DNA of 64,000 nt, filler included, from Conidiobolus incongruus B7586 (GCA_000697335.1; 14 parts of 14 records of this genome joined end to end with filler, not necessarily neighbours in it); one strand, 5' to 3'; positions 42,390 through 56,931 are shown, counted from the whole stretch's first letter. Numbers and translations are program-made. Notes: generated by a model not told the origin, from the letters alone.

Positions 42390-42959
42390 TATTATCAATC
42401 ATGGTATTTCATCATTATCTTTGTATATTCAAATGGATACATTTTATTATTTAAATAATTAATAAAATTTAATTCAACTTACAAAATCCAAATAAATCTT
42501 TAAATTAATATAATAATAGTTTATGAAAAAATCTATCAATTTAAACAATTCTATTAAGCATATTATAGATTTGAACAAAATAAGGGACAAATGTCATGGT
42601 AATTTAATCCATCCAAAAATTTTGGAAACATGATATTTAAACTGAATCAATTATACAATTAAAATACAATAAAGTGGAAGTAATGCATCAATTTTGAGCA
42701 GTTCTTAAGGCATTCAATATGAAAAATGTAATAATTAAGAATATGGGTTGATTAAAGCACTGAAAAATATTGAAAATTGAGTAATTGTTAGACAAAAATT
42801 AGATATACCAAAATTAATATAAAAAAATTATAAAAATTTTTAATAGTATTATTAGTATTATTTCAATAACAAATTATTTCAAAAATATTTATTTGAAATT
42901 TAATCTTAAATTGATTTTAAAATGCATTCAAACCTTAGATTAAAAAACTTTTTATTAGT

Positions 42960-44230
42960 AAATTTTGAACTTCTAAACCTATATTATATCAATTAATTCT
43001 CACCAATGACCAATCCAAATTGTCATCCCATCTCAACATCTAATTTTTATTTTTTATCAATTTCTAACTTAATCGGCTCAAAATCTAACTGATGATGGTT
43101 GAAGCCTAATTTGATAAAAATGTGAACCAATCTCCCACGTGAAAAGTAGATTATTATCTAAATAACAGTTAAAGCATGATGATAACAGAATTAAACGACC
43201 TTAAGGTTTAATATGTCAGCATAAATAGCCTTAGTAAAGATATTATAAATATTTTTGAGTAATAAAATTTTACTGTAATTCAAAACTTCTCAGTGAAGAT
43301 CTCTACGGCCGAAACTACTGCAGCTGCAGATAAAGACATTGTCATTATCTAATAATTATTAGTAAATGAAATAATTGTGATGTAGTAGAATAATCACGTG
43401 TCAATAATAAACTAAAATTACCATCAGTCTTTAAATCTTTTACCGTGTGACGCAACTGGAACTTCAAGGGTTCTAAAATGCGATCAATATTTCGACCATG
43501 ACAAGCTTGACGGTATTCAAAATTACCGAAACTATACTAATTATCCTGATCTGATTCTCAATAAGCATCGACTCTTAGTGGTTGAATGATCATTTACCCC
43601 TGAGAATTAATGTACAGTACTGCCAAACTATAAACTTTACCATTTTTTTATTGTAGGAAATTGGAACCTTAGAGAATTTAGAAACTTTTGAAGTGTGGTT
43701 GGGACCTAATCCGAGCTGACCGCTGGATCTCCATCCGCTTGTGAAGATATCCCCATCATCTAACTTCCAAACTATCTGCAAATTGCTACATTTATAATGA
43801 ACTATTACCTGAAAACACTATAGTATGATCCAAACTACGCTTGACATCTTTCACTTTAAACTCTGTCTTCACCTCATCAACCTTGTTGACAAACTCAAAA
43901 TGATTTGCAGCATTTGGGTCCTTATAATAATTCTTAGAAATCCCAAAACCCAATTAACCTAATATTATATACCCAGTTGAAATAGGTGATTTTTCCATCA
44001 TGGACTTCAATCAATGTAAAAAAAATTCACGACCACTTGATAATGTCCAGAGTTTTGAAATTGGTAAGTAATTAACGTGACCGGAGTGATAGTCTTCGCC
44101 AATTGAATTGAGGCCCAATTGACTGATAGTGTTCGATTTAAAATTGTAGAGTCTATGGCCTTCTGGAGCTAAATAACCAATTTGAGCATGTTAAGATCCC
44201 AAACTTATGTGGGTGAATTGCGCCTAACAT
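42960..44230 (-). pseudogene. RCC1-repeat (RCC1-like) gene, apparently disrupted
   Basis: Minus-strand pieces read SNTISQLGLN, G*LGFG, VKDVKRSLDHTIVFS, DDGDIFTSGWRSSGQLGLG and GNFEYRQACHGRNIDRILEP, all RCC1 blade-like. In-frame stops and frame changes are not fully explained by introns. Confidence 0.65.
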
Positions 44231-44704
44231 TTATTAATTTTTCAATGTTGAAAATTTAGAAATATTTACAATATCTTGAGTTTCAATAAATAGTTAAATA
44301 GATTTTGAAATATTACCTATCAATGATTTTAAATCAGTTAGATTTGATAAGTACCCACCAAAACCAAATAATTTATTGGGTTTTGATGATATATTTTTGA
44401 TGGTTAAAACATTGATTTCAGAGTTCGTGATAAAAGCATTAAAAAAGTTTTCGAAGATTTATAAAATGTTAAGGGACCATTGAAATCACAACTCAATTAT
44501 AACCTTTAGTATTTTTCTTACTAAATATTTTGACCAATATTCAATAATGTGATTTATAATTAGAATATAATCCTTTTAAAATTATTCACCGAATAATAAA
44601 TGTTCTAAACTGGGTTTAATAGCTTATTTAATATTGTTAAACATTGAATATATATATATATATATATATCAATTTTTTTGATTCCGTTAAAAAGTAATTT
44701 CAGT

Positions 44705-45044
44705 TTATAAATTTCTGCCATTCTTCAATTCCCAACGCTTAGGCTCTTGTCTAAAACAACGATGAATGTTAAATGAATTGATAAAATGTTATTAGAATTT
44801 ACCCTTCTTCTGACCTGACACATTCCAACCACACTTTCAAAGGACCGAAAAATTCTCTAGGAGGATGATAAATACCTTGGATAACATCCTCCAAATGGTC
44901 ATTACATCTGTGAGGTTTGGGCATCTTTCTGGGCAAGTGTCTTCCTGGGTGATCCGCTCCTACCTTATAGTCAAATAGGGGTTTGCCTTCAGCGGGAGTG
45001 GGATCGATAGGAGCTTGATTTTTGTCTTCCTTAGAGTTACCCAT
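44705..45044 (-). CDS. Small two-exon hypothetical protein (about 95 aa)
   Basis: ATG at 45044. A 52-nt GT-AG intron (44751-44802) joins ...CVRSEEG to QEPKRWELKNGRNL*. GC content is coding-like. Confidence 0.72.
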
Positions 45045-45440
45045 TTTATCTTAAATTTGTTACTGTTAATTAGTGTTTTGTTTAGGTTTAAGGGTGAGGT
45101 AAATTTGTAGTGGTATAGAATTAATTGAAATTATGGGACAAAGATTTCAATTCAAAGCTACTTAAATCAATTTAATTAATCCTATTAAAAACATAAATAA
45201 ACCAAAATATTAATAGTCATATTCATTTAAAACAAATAAAATAATAGAATGTTAAATTATTTTTTTAAATGTGGCTAATTTTTTATTTATATATTTATTA
45301 TAATACTATAAAAATTTATTAGATTCTCCTATATTGGATAAAAATGATTAAAAAACAATGGCTCAGTTCAAAATTTTAAGTTATATAAAAACCGAAATAA
45401 ACTCAATCCTTAACCTAATCATTCTTTTTAATTTACAAAC

Positions 45441-45878
45441 ATGACTAAAAAATTTTCTCAAAAAAATAAAAATACTTCCAAGTCATCACAATCATCATTA
45501 TCAAACTCCAACTATATCATAAAATACCTAATCCCTCTTTTTATACCTATATTAATATCTATGATTTGTCAATCCCAACCCGATATCGAACCCCAATCAC
45601 AATCAGAATCCAAATCCCAGAAAAATTCCGACTGTTCCAAACTCATCAGTTTAAGAGCCTATTACGACGGTGAGTCGGCATGGTGCAGCAATAATAACGG
45701 CAAATCAAAATGTTACGCAAAGCTCAAAGGTCCCACTGAGGATTGTGTAGTGTCGGAACGCTACTCCACCGAGGAAAGTAAAACGGTTTACTATGACTGT
45801 AAGGATAAGCAACATTTCAGGAAGTGGTATCGTGATTTGGAAAATAAGGGGTGGTATTGTCACAAGTTTAATTATTAA
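45441..45878 (+). CDS. Small secreted or membrane-anchored Cys-rich protein (145 aa)
   Basis: Hydrophobic stretch YIIKYLIPLFIPILISMIC, a Q/S/E-rich spacer, then a domain with six Cys. A TATA-like ttatataaaa lies about 50-60 bp upstream. Confidence 0.8.
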   Translation: MTKKFSQKNKNTSKSSQSSLSNSNYIIKYLIPLFIPILISMICQSQPDIEPQSQSESKSQKNSDCSKLISLRAYYDGESAWCSNNNGKSKCYAKLKGPTEDCVVSERYSTEESKTVYYDCKDKQHFRKWYRDLENKGWYCHKFNY

Positions 45879-46222
45879 ATTTTAATTAAATTTTAAAAAT
45901 TAATAAAACATATTTCAATTATATCATTTAAATAATATATCAATTTACACACTATATATATATATATTATTAAATTAATGTATAATAATGTAATTGATAA
46001 TATAATTATAAATTTCAAAAAATGATTATTAAATATTCTAATTTAAACGGAATATCTATGGTAAATATATAGTTTCAAAAATTTTAGCATACAATCAATT
46101 AAATAATAAATAATCAACAAATATATTGATTAAACATTAATATTTGTCAAATAATAGTTATAATTTATTATTATTTAAATTAAAAATATAAATTAATTAA
46201 GATTGTGTATTGAAAAAGAGTA

Positions 46223-46296
46223 TGATCTTGCTCAGATTCAAACTAAGGACCATCCATGTGTTAGACAGTTATGATAACCAAGTATAGCAAGAAATC
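46223..46296 (-). pseudogene. Pseudo-tRNA-Val(AAC)
   Basis: The reverse complement GATTTCTTGCTATACTTGGTTATCATAACTGTCTAACACATGGATGGTCCTTAGTTTGAATCTGAGCAAGATCA resembles fungal tRNA-Val. It has a D-loop TGGTTAT, anticodon loop CT-AAC-AC, a T-loop GTTCGA changed to GTTTGA, and a downstream T5 terminator. The stems are broken. Confidence 0.72.
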
Positions 46297-47056
46297 TAAT
46301 TGACAACTGTAAATATGGGAGGAAGTAGTCTTTTAGAGCTTAAACAGGGAATCACCAGTGGTAAATGATAGATTATCACAAAGTTAAGGGAAATTAAGGG
46401 GGTTCACCAAATTAGATGAAAATAGATTATTGCAAATCAAGTTTTTTGAATAGTAAATATTTTACATTTGTTATAACTTAATATTTTTGGGAGTATTACA
46501 AGAAAAATTTAGAGACTGGATACTTTTGAAAATAAAAATAGACAGGATATGTTAATTAATTGGTTTGAGATATTCTGATATTAATTTCAATTATTGAGTT
46601 TGGGTAGCTATAAATAATTTCAGACAGAAAATGATAAGTTGAACTATTTCATATAATAAGGTACTTTTAATATGACTTTTTGCATTAATACAATAGTCAG
46701 AGTTTTTTGAGTTATGGACAAGATTATTCCCAATCATAATAAATAAAATAATTTTCATTTTGAATTATGTTATTAAATATCTCTTGAATCATTATTTTTA
46801 TTTTCTTATTTATATAACCCAAAAATAATATAATAAGTATAATAATTATATTATTTCTATCTTATTTTAAATTATTATCAATATTATAATATATTTTTTA
46901 ATTTATTATTGTTATTATTTTTAAATTTATTATTATAATAATTATAATAATAATTTNNNNNNNNNNNNNNNNNNNNNNNNNNNNNNNNNNNNNNNNNNNN
47001 TTAATTAATTAANNNNNNNNNNNNNNNNNNNNNNNNNNNNNNNNNNNNNNNNNNNN

Positions 47057-47463
47057 CTGCTACCATGTAAGCATAGTGGTAGTTAAACCAATATAGTGTA
47101 GAGGAAGACTTAATATAAAAGTAGTGTGGCACAGAATGTGGTAATATAATGTGGCTGTAGTGTGCAAGTGTAAACAAAGTTTAATTAAGCTTCGAACTAG
47201 GATGAGTCACCAATATATTAAGATTTATATTAGGTAGTGCCAATATCCTACAATATTAACAGAATATAGTCTCAATCTTAGAAATAGTGTAAAGGTAAAA
47301 ATAGTAAGAATTGAGAGGAAAAAGAGGAACCTAGTTTATTAGATAATTTAATACTATTTATACAATTAATTTAACTATATAAGTATAAATTAATCATATA
47401 ATTTATAGTTAATTGGATTATATAAAAGTGTATATAAGAATTTAAAGAACTAGTCTCTTAACA
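47057..47463 (-). mobile_element. LTR of the same gypsy family, least mutated copy
   Basis: Reverse complement of the 30502-30903 LTR; its TGTTA end is at 47463. It retains many more G/C bases (aagcttcgaactaggatgagtcacc). Confidence 0.82.
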
Positions 47464-47499
47464 AGTGGTTTTAAATAAAACATTATAAGTTTTTTATAA

Positions 47500-47751
47500 A
47501 TATTAAATAATTTTATATTATTTATAATTGAGTTTTAATAATACTAAAAAAACTTTTGATTATCATTTTCTAATTTAAGAAAAATTCAATTCAAAAATAA
47601 ATTTTTTAAATTAAAATATACTAATAAAAGAATAATTATCAATGAATATATATATATATATATACTCTATATTTAATTTAATTTTATAACTAATAATATA
47701 TTTGAAAAATAAAGAAATAAAAAATTTTCCATTTTTTTCTTTCCAAACTAA
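47500..47751 (-). mobile_element. Degenerate mariner 5' fragment
   Basis: Matches the mariner 5' UTR and TIR (taataatatatttgaaaaat...aaaaattttccattt...actaa|ta) and includes the internal (TA)n. Confidence 0.6.
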
Positions 47752-50700
47752 TAAAATATGCTTTAAAAATGAATACAGATTTTGTTGAATATCTCTTTAA
47801 AATATATTAAAACCTTATTATTATGCTATATAATATAATAAAATAATAAAATAAGAGTTTAAAAAATTTTTATTTAAATATTAGAACAACAATTATATCT
47901 ATTTAATATTGTATAAGATAGAACTATAATATAAATAGTTAATTATAAGGGAACTAATCAACTTATGAAGTATTAAACCAAATCATCTTATATATTTCAA
48001 GATTTAAGTCATGGGTAAACTATATTATTTTAAAGAAATATTTAAAAATAATCCACTAAATAATTTTATTTAACTAAATTTTAAACTCAAATCTCAAATT
48101 GAAATTATGATCGTTGATTTTAAAATTTGATCTACATTAAAATTAAATAGATTTAGTAAATCAAAGTGGATGTTTTTTTGAACTCAAAATATCAATTGAT
48201 TATTTGAAAGTAAATTAAAGGATATGATCCCATTTTAATCAGTTTATTATATGATAAATATTATTAGATTTGGAAATCATTTAATCCGAATATTCTATTT
48301 ATTTATATTATAATAAAAAAATCTTTAAATATAGTTATTCATTTGTTTATAAAATCTTTTAAATTATTATTATTATTATTATCATTATTATTATTTGAGT
48401 ATTTAAATTAATTTCAAATTTTTCTAATTCTCAAATAATATTCAAAAGTCAAGTGATACCAAATTGACTAATAATTTGTGATAATAAAATTATTTTTATG
48501 AATAATTTTTAAATTCTTATTTAGAATTCTTTTTATAAAAAGAAAAATTTCAAATTTGTGACAATTCAAGAGATAATAAATATAAATGTATATTTTAAAT
48601 AAATATAACCTTATATCAAACAAAATAATTAAGCACATAAAATTATAATATATAGAATATTTTCAATATATTACATATATAAAGTAAATATTTAAATTAA
48701 TTCATTAATTTTGAGAGTTAAGGTATAGAAATATATTATTTTATTTACTTACTAATCATATTTTGCAACTATATTGCATATTAATCGGATATGGTGGTTA
48801 ATTATATGGAGTTAAGCATAAACTGATAATAAGTGGCTTTGGTTATTGATCATATTTTAATAGAGAGAAAATTAATAGTTAACGTGAATAAAGGAGTTGA
48901 TTGATTGGTTAGATTTTGACTAAATTAGTTGGAGAATCAGATACATATCATGAGAAAAGTCGATTGTTAAAGCAAGTATTAATTCTGTCTAATATAATTA
49001 TTAAGGCTATAAATCTTAACAATTGTTAAATAAAAATATGCTAAAATATATATTGAAATTGAAATAGTATAGATTTAGAAATATTATATAACTATTTTCA
49101 AGCTAAAAATTTGATTCAAATTTAAATTTAATTCTAAACATAATAATAAAATATCAGCGATAGAAACTAATCATTTGATCAGTCTGATCACATGAAAAAA
49201 TACGTCACTCAATCAATCTTTTTAATCGATCAGGCAAAAGTAAAATTTTTAGTACTTTTTAATATTGATATAATCCATTGATTATATCATATTAACATAA
49301 TAATTTATCATAATTGATGGTTTTTATGGTTTAGTTAAAGAATTAAAAGTTTATAAAAGTACCAGCAAATATTATAAGCTAAATTTAATCCATTAAAAAG
49401 AACTTAGACTTTTCACGAATATCAAGATATTTGTAACGTTTTAGTTGAATTTTTAGCACTAGGTCTGATCGTATCATTCTCATAAGGTTAGAGATATGAC
49501 TTTGAATGACTTGTTCATGATATCATTCGAACTTTAATAATCTAACTTACCCCTTTTAAAATTTTGAATTTAATTTCAAAAAATATAAATCGAGTTGAAA
49601 TTAAAACTTATTTCCTAATAATAAAAAGCAGGTATTAATTATATTAAAAATTCCCAATTATTAACTAAAAAAAGTAGATTTTTAATATTTAAAAAAAAGA
49701 TTTATAATAAATTTAAAATGAAAAAATAATTTTTTTCCAGACTGATTTCATATTACTTAAAATTTAATTTTAGCAATCTTAATTTTAAAATTTGATCACT
49801 ATTTCAAAGAATGAAATACTTATTTTTTCAATAAAAAAAGTTTTAATATAACTTAATTAAGTAACAAAATCGCTTAAATATTTGATTTGATGATAAATTT
49901 AATTTTATTATAAATAAAAAGTTTATTAATATTAATATTTAAGTAAAAATTAATTATTATTATTTGATTATTTTAAATTTATCGATCTTTTTCATTGAAT
50001 TTGATCTACATCATAATTCTTTTTTTTCTGTTAATTTTATAATATAATAATTTTAATAATTTAAAAAAAATTTTGCAATAATTTGAATATCAACTAAAAT
50101 GACACTAATATGAGGTAATTCTAGTAATTTATTATAAAAATTAATGAATTAACTATAAATTAATAGATGATAAAATTAATAATTAATTATATAAATTTAA
50201 AATTTTATCAAAGCAAAAAAAATTCTGAAACTATTTATTAAAATATAAAATTATTTTACTTAATATAATAGGTTATCTATTTAGAAAATTTTATTAATTA
50301 GAAAAATTATTCAATACAAGAAAAATTATTTCCTTTAAAAATAATGGTTATACTACTAACTATTTTAATTATTTCAAATTATATAGAGATAATATTGGTG
50401 GTGACAATGATATTAATCACTATATAAGTTTGAGACTATACTTAAATAATATTTCATAAACAATTAATTGTATTATGTAGATTATAAATATAATTTTGAA
50501 TTTAATTTTATTAATGCACAATATTTCAATGATTAAATATATTTAGCTTTACAAAAAAAGAGCCAAGAATTGAATTCTTTTTTAAAATTAAATATTTATA
50601 TTGTTATTGATAAATTTAGCATTATGATTCTAAAATGATATAATAATATAATAATATTAATACTGACAATTGCGAAATAAACAGATATATAATATATTAT

Positions 50701-52691
50701 ATATATATATATATATATTTTAGGCTATCTATTACTCTAGTGATTTTTGAAAGTTTACTAAATTTGGTAATGCCGGAATCGCTCAAGTTTTTTTTACTAA
50801 TTTTAAATTGATAATAATTGGTAGATAGTACAGTTAACTAAATTAATTTTATTCGTTTGATGAAAATCTTTTAAAATATTAAGATCATTCTATTTGTTAA
50901 AACTATCGATTTTTTATATACATTTTTATTTTAAAAAAGAAATCTTGTATTTGATAATTGTTAAAAGCAATTGAGAACTATTTTAATTATTATTCATCTT
51001 TTAATCCAATATTAAATAATGATAGTATGTCCTCTCATATTATAAATAATAAATGCTTTTAATTTAGCATATAGATAAATTGGTTTTATTTATCCAACTC
51101 TCGTTATTTCCATTTTTAACCATTAAAATTTTTAATCAAAGTCTAAAAATAATCTCGCTAATATATATTTCAAATAATATATTGACTTAAATTTTATATT
51201 TTAAAAATTCAATTAACAAGTATTTAAGCATACATTCAATATTTAATACTCATTTCATATTTCAATAATCATTCGCTAATTTAAAATCAACAATAGAGTA
51301 ATAAGATATAAAATTCTATAATAATACAAAATTTAAATTTAATATTTATAAAGAATTTTGAATAAGAGTAATTTGATCATTTTATTATTATTATTATTAA
51401 AAGATTAAATTTGAATTTTAAGGGATTAATAGCGATTTTTTTATATTAAATTACTATCATTTAATCTTCTTAATTATAGTCAATATGTAATAATGATTCA
51501 ATTTTGATTATCATCGAATTATTATATTTGAAATTGTGGAGTATCGGTAATGGTTAAATTATTAAATCCTCAGAAATAACACTTGTTTAATATAATAGTA
51601 TTGATATTAAGATGAATGACTAACTCTGTGTCGATGCAGTTTTAAAAATTTATATAATCAAGCTTCAAATCTTATATATGATATTTATTCTTATATTATC
51701 AAACACCATAATTTGTATTAAAAATGTTATCGGATCATAATATTGTTATCAATTTGTTTGAGTTTTTTTGCTATAATTCAATTATTTATCTTAATAAAGT
51801 AATAATCATCTGAATTTCTTGAAACAAATTAGTATTAAACAAAGATCAAAGTACCAGGAACATATTGAAGTTACAAAATGATTGATTAAAATTATATTTG
51901 AAATTATATTTGATGATTTCATTATTTAGTCATTATTCAAATCCATTTCAAATATTGTTTAATTAATTATGGATAATTGAAATAATTAGTGTTTTATTAA
52001 GTAATTATTTTCAATCTTGGTGATTATATTTGAATAAAATAATAGTATATATTTTTGATACTCGTATATTAACATTTTGTAAAAAAATAAATAGGTAAAA
52101 TTGGATATTGAAATCTTGATTAAACTAAGATATGTATTCACTATTAAACTGTTTTAAAAAAATATTCTACGAATTCATGCAATTATTCGTAATATAAATA
52201 AAGATGAGTGAATTGAAATGAATAGTATGAATATTAACTGAATTAGGGTTAATTGTTAATTTGTTTTAAGTTTCACCTAAATTCAACAAACTAAAAAATG
52301 GGTTAGTTGTTTAGGGAGTTCGGACAAATGACGACTAAAACTGAAATGGACAAATATAGAATACACAGTTCAAACTTGATTGTGGCAAACCCCTTTCCCT
52401 TTATTTCAACGTTTCAAAACAATTATTTGTGTCAATAGTAGAAGATTTGGAATTAGCTTCCAAATATTATTAAATATACATGGCGTCCTTTCTCAATCCA
52501 GTATTTCCATATTTACCATTCAAATATTCTCAATTAAGTAATATGAATTTCAAATTTTAACCATATATTTGTATTTGAACTAATTTGGATGGATTAATAA
52601 AGGGGAATTGTGATTAGTCTATGGGTATATAAACCTTACTATCGTGTATTCTTTCTCCTCAGAAATTTGTTCCAATTTCAACTTTGTCCAC

Positions 52692-53183
52692 ATGTTATCC
52701 AGCTCATATTCCACAGGCCCAAAGTTCATCTGCTCTTCTTCGCTTACCCTCCCTTTCCCCAAGATTAAGTCCAAATATGATCTTCTACTTCAAAACCCTT
52801 GCCATAATCAAGAAGTTAACCAGCTACCGACCTTTGAAGAAATGTTTGGAGATCTAATTCTTGAAAATCCCATTCATCATTCTCCATCGCAAGATTCCTC
52901 ATCTCAAGTTTCTTCCTCCTATTCAGACCTCACATGGGCTAGCGATAATAATATTGCATCACCCTCTGAAATGAGGTCACCATCAGAAAAAAAAGCCAAG
53001 AGACCTAGAAGGAAATTCCACGAAGTCCAAAGATTTTACTCATGCAATTATCCAGGATGTGACAAGGCTTTTGGTGCACTGAACCATCTCAATGCCCATG
53101 TTAAATTCAAAAACCACGGACCTAGAAGATCCCCTAGAGAGTTCTCATGGGTTAGAAGATCTTTATTCCCTTCATACTCTTAA
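52692..53183 (+). CDS. Con7-like single C2H2 zinc-finger transcription factor
   Basis: The first ATG is at 52692; the ORF track starts earlier at a GTG. KRPRRKFHEVQRFYSCNYPGCDKAFGALNHLNAHVKFKNHGPRRSPREF matches the fungal Con7 signature KRPRRxxxExxRxYxC...C.KAYGTLNHLNAHV...HG. Confidence 0.9.
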   Translation: MLSSSYSTGPKFICSSSLTLPFPKIKSKYDLLLQNPCHNQEVNQLPTFEEMFGDLILENPIHHSPSQDSSSQVSSSYSDLTWASDNNIASPSEMRSPSEKKAKRPRRKFHEVQRFYSCNYPGCDKAFGALNHLNAHVKFKNHGPRRSPREFSWVRRSLFPSYS

Positions 53184-53280
53184 TTCAAAAACTTCAATTA
53201 TTTTCACCCCTAATTTCATTCATATGGAGTTTTTGGATGGATAAGGAGTTATCAAAAATTATATAGAAATGACACTAATG

Positions 53281-53311
<31 letters not shown>

Positions 53312-56300
53312 GGTATATGGCCTAACCATGTAAATTATGTTAAACTTGGAGTCTTGATATCAATTGACTTGAAATTCAAGCAAGATGACATATATTAATG
53401 TATGTATAATATGTTACCAAGTTTGAATCAAAATTTAGTAAATGGAAGAGACTTTATATCTTAAGAATTTTTATAATTGAAATTTTATATATACAAAAAT
53501 TTCAACTAAAAAAATTATATTACAATTTAATTTAATAATTAATCAAAAAAAAAATTTTTTTTATCTACTAATTAATAAAAAAATTTTTTATTTTCTCTTT
53601 TAACTAATATAATAATTATTATATAAAGTTATTTTCATTGTTTTATTATTTATTATATTAATAATAAAAATAAAATAAATTAACCTTTTAAATTTAATGA
53701 TAATATTAATAACATTTTTAAAGATTCTATTTTCTTTAATATCTCATTTTAATTAGAAATAAAAATAATTTACCTAATTAAATTTTACGATTCGGTTTTT
53801 CAATCCATATTAAGTAAGTGTATTGAATCTTAATCAAAGTATTCGATATTATATATATATATATATTTTCGATTTGATAGTCTATTATGATTATATTTTT
53901 AACTTAAATTACACATTTAATTTAGTTAATATTGGAGTTTTAATTTAATTTATTTAAATTTTTAAATTTTATTAATAAAAATATTTTTTTAAGGGATGAT
54001 TCTTTAAATTTAAATCCATATAGTTCATATTGGATATAATTTTATCATTAAATTACTTGATATTCTTTATCTATGGGTATATCACTGTATAAATATTATG
54101 AATATATAATCTATAATATGACTATATTAATTTTAGAATAAATGATGATTCAATCAACGATAATTCTATCTAATTTTGAACTAATAAGAATACTTTAATA
54201 TGAATATCAAACCATTTTCTTTCTTAGCTGACAACTTACATTTGAAAGTTAGTATGAAACGATTAGTTAAAGATTTATATTTTAACTTTAAAACTTATTT
54301 TAAAAATAAAAATAATAACCAAAAATATTATAATGAATATTATGTTAAAGGAATTTAATATTTGAAACTAAAGTAGATAATTGTAATAAATATAATTATC
54401 AAACTTGATTAAATTGAATATTATTTAATTAAATAAAGATTATATATCATATTAGTAGTATTAGTAACTATAATGAGTCTTAACAAAATCACATTTACAT
54501 TTTATGTATTATCATTTTTAAAAAATTTTAACGATCGATCTAACTTAAAATATCAACATCAATTACTATACTATAGCTTGATACACATTATTATCTAATT
54601 TAACTAATATAAGCTAAAGGTCAAATCGTATATTATTTAATTTCTAAATTAAGTATCACCAAATTCTGACCTAAAATTTGTCGGAATTAGGTAATAATAT
54701 TAATATAATTATCAAATATGACTATTATTAATCTATTATAATATTAATTTAATCATCAAAAATTTTTTTAGTTTAAAATAATATATAATTTTGAAGTTTT
54801 ATACATTTATTAATTAATTATTATCAATCTATTGTAAGTAATTAATATATGAAAGTACCACTTGAAGTATAATTCAAAAAGTTTTACTTTTTACAATATG
54901 AAAGAATTTAAACTATATAACCAAAGAATGATGCGAATAATTGGGTTTAATTATCAAAAATTTATTCACCAATGTTGAATTTTAATTCTTTATAATATTA
55001 TAAATATAGTCATTTCATTAACACAATTGAATTCTATTTGTATAATATTACCTTTCATATGTTATTATTAATTTATATTTTAATGAAATTATGATTAGAT
55101 AATTTAATTACTCTATACTATATAATTTTTCTAAATGAGATTTAAATCATCATCAAAACTCTATATATCTACCAAAAACCAATAACTAAAATAAAATTAA
55201 TAACGATATTGAAATTATGATTAATGAATCATAATTCAATAATTAATATAATCAATTTCAAATTAATTAACTACAACCTGTTCAATTATATTAAAATATT
55301 AATTTTATATTTTACTAAATTTTAGATTTTTATGTAAAATTATTAATATTATAATAATTACTTAATGATTTAATATAATATGATTTAGATACGTTATCCA
55401 ATTATTACTTGGCATCTAAATATCAGATATATATATTTAAAGATAGCTAAATTTTAATATGCATTTGGGGTACATCAAATATTAATTTAATTGATTGTAG
55501 TATACTTAATATAATTATATATGGTTAACTACTATGATAATATAATTATAATAAGATAATCTATATCCTATCTATCCATTTATCAATATTTTAAGCTATC
55601 AAATACATACTTTAACAGGAATATGTATAATTAATATTAACTAACCAATATATTAATTCAAAAGAAAATTAAATATAAATTTTAAATTAGTTTTAACCCT
55701 GATAAATTTGAATTAAAATTATCTAGTATTTTAATAATAATAATAAAAATTAATTATATTTTAGAGGGCTTAGAAATTAAAGTCTCCAGATTCGAGTTAA
55801 CTGAAAAAAGTTTCAATTTCATCTAAATGAAGTTAATTGACATATATTTACCTTCTCCACAAACATTATACTTGACATTAGTTTAACATTATGATATTAT
55901 ATTATTAATTTTATTTTCTTAAATCATCTTATAATTTTCATTAAAAATTCTTTAATATTTTACATTAGTAAAAATTTAATTATAATTTAATTAATAATAT
56001 TAATATTTCTTTTTATTTTGTTTTTACTTTTTATATTTTTAGAAATTATAATTTAAAATTATTTATATTATTAAAAATTATTAATTTTAAAATTATCTTT
56101 TTATCCCACTCATTTTTCAAAGAATAAATATAATCCATTATAACTTACACTTGCATAATATAATAGAACTATATAACCAATATAATACGTTTAACTATTA
56201 TAATATTACTCTAAAATTTATAATCAATATTGAATATTTTACTTAGTCAGTGTCTATTTAAATTAAGCTCTAGTTTAATTAGCTCTAATTCAGATTTTAT

Positions 56301-56931
56301 TATAGAGGTTAAAATTTAAGGCTTCGATAAGGTTAAATATAGTATTGGTCACCATTATAATGTAGAATATTTCAGATATTTCCGTTTGATAACATAAAAA
56401 TTAGAAGTTAAATTAAATAAAATATATTAATAAATAGATTAGCAATATCATTTTATTTCTTTATTTTTTCAATTAATTCCATTATATCAATTTCTTTCTA
56501 ATTTATAATTGATCACTTTTAATTCAAAAATAATATAAAAGATATTTGATTTTTAATAAGTTTAATAAAAATTCGATGTATTAACTATTCAATATTGAAT
56601 GATATATTAAATAAGTTTTAAATTTATAAATTTATTTTATATGAATAAAAGAGATTAGTGGTTTAATTGATATACTTTGAATTATGAATCATAAACCAGA
56701 TCTTTTATAATCATTTATAGTTTAAAATTTTTCTCTAACTTTGCCAAACTATAATTAGGTATTATAATATAATGATATTTTAATATTATCATACTTTAAT
56801 AAAGTAAAATTTAATAATATAATACTTTTGATCAATCCAAATCATTTCATTTATAATAATTTCAAAATTGATAATTCTATTATTGAACTTGATTCAAAAG
56901 TCATTTCACTTTTAACTAGAATTTATTATAT

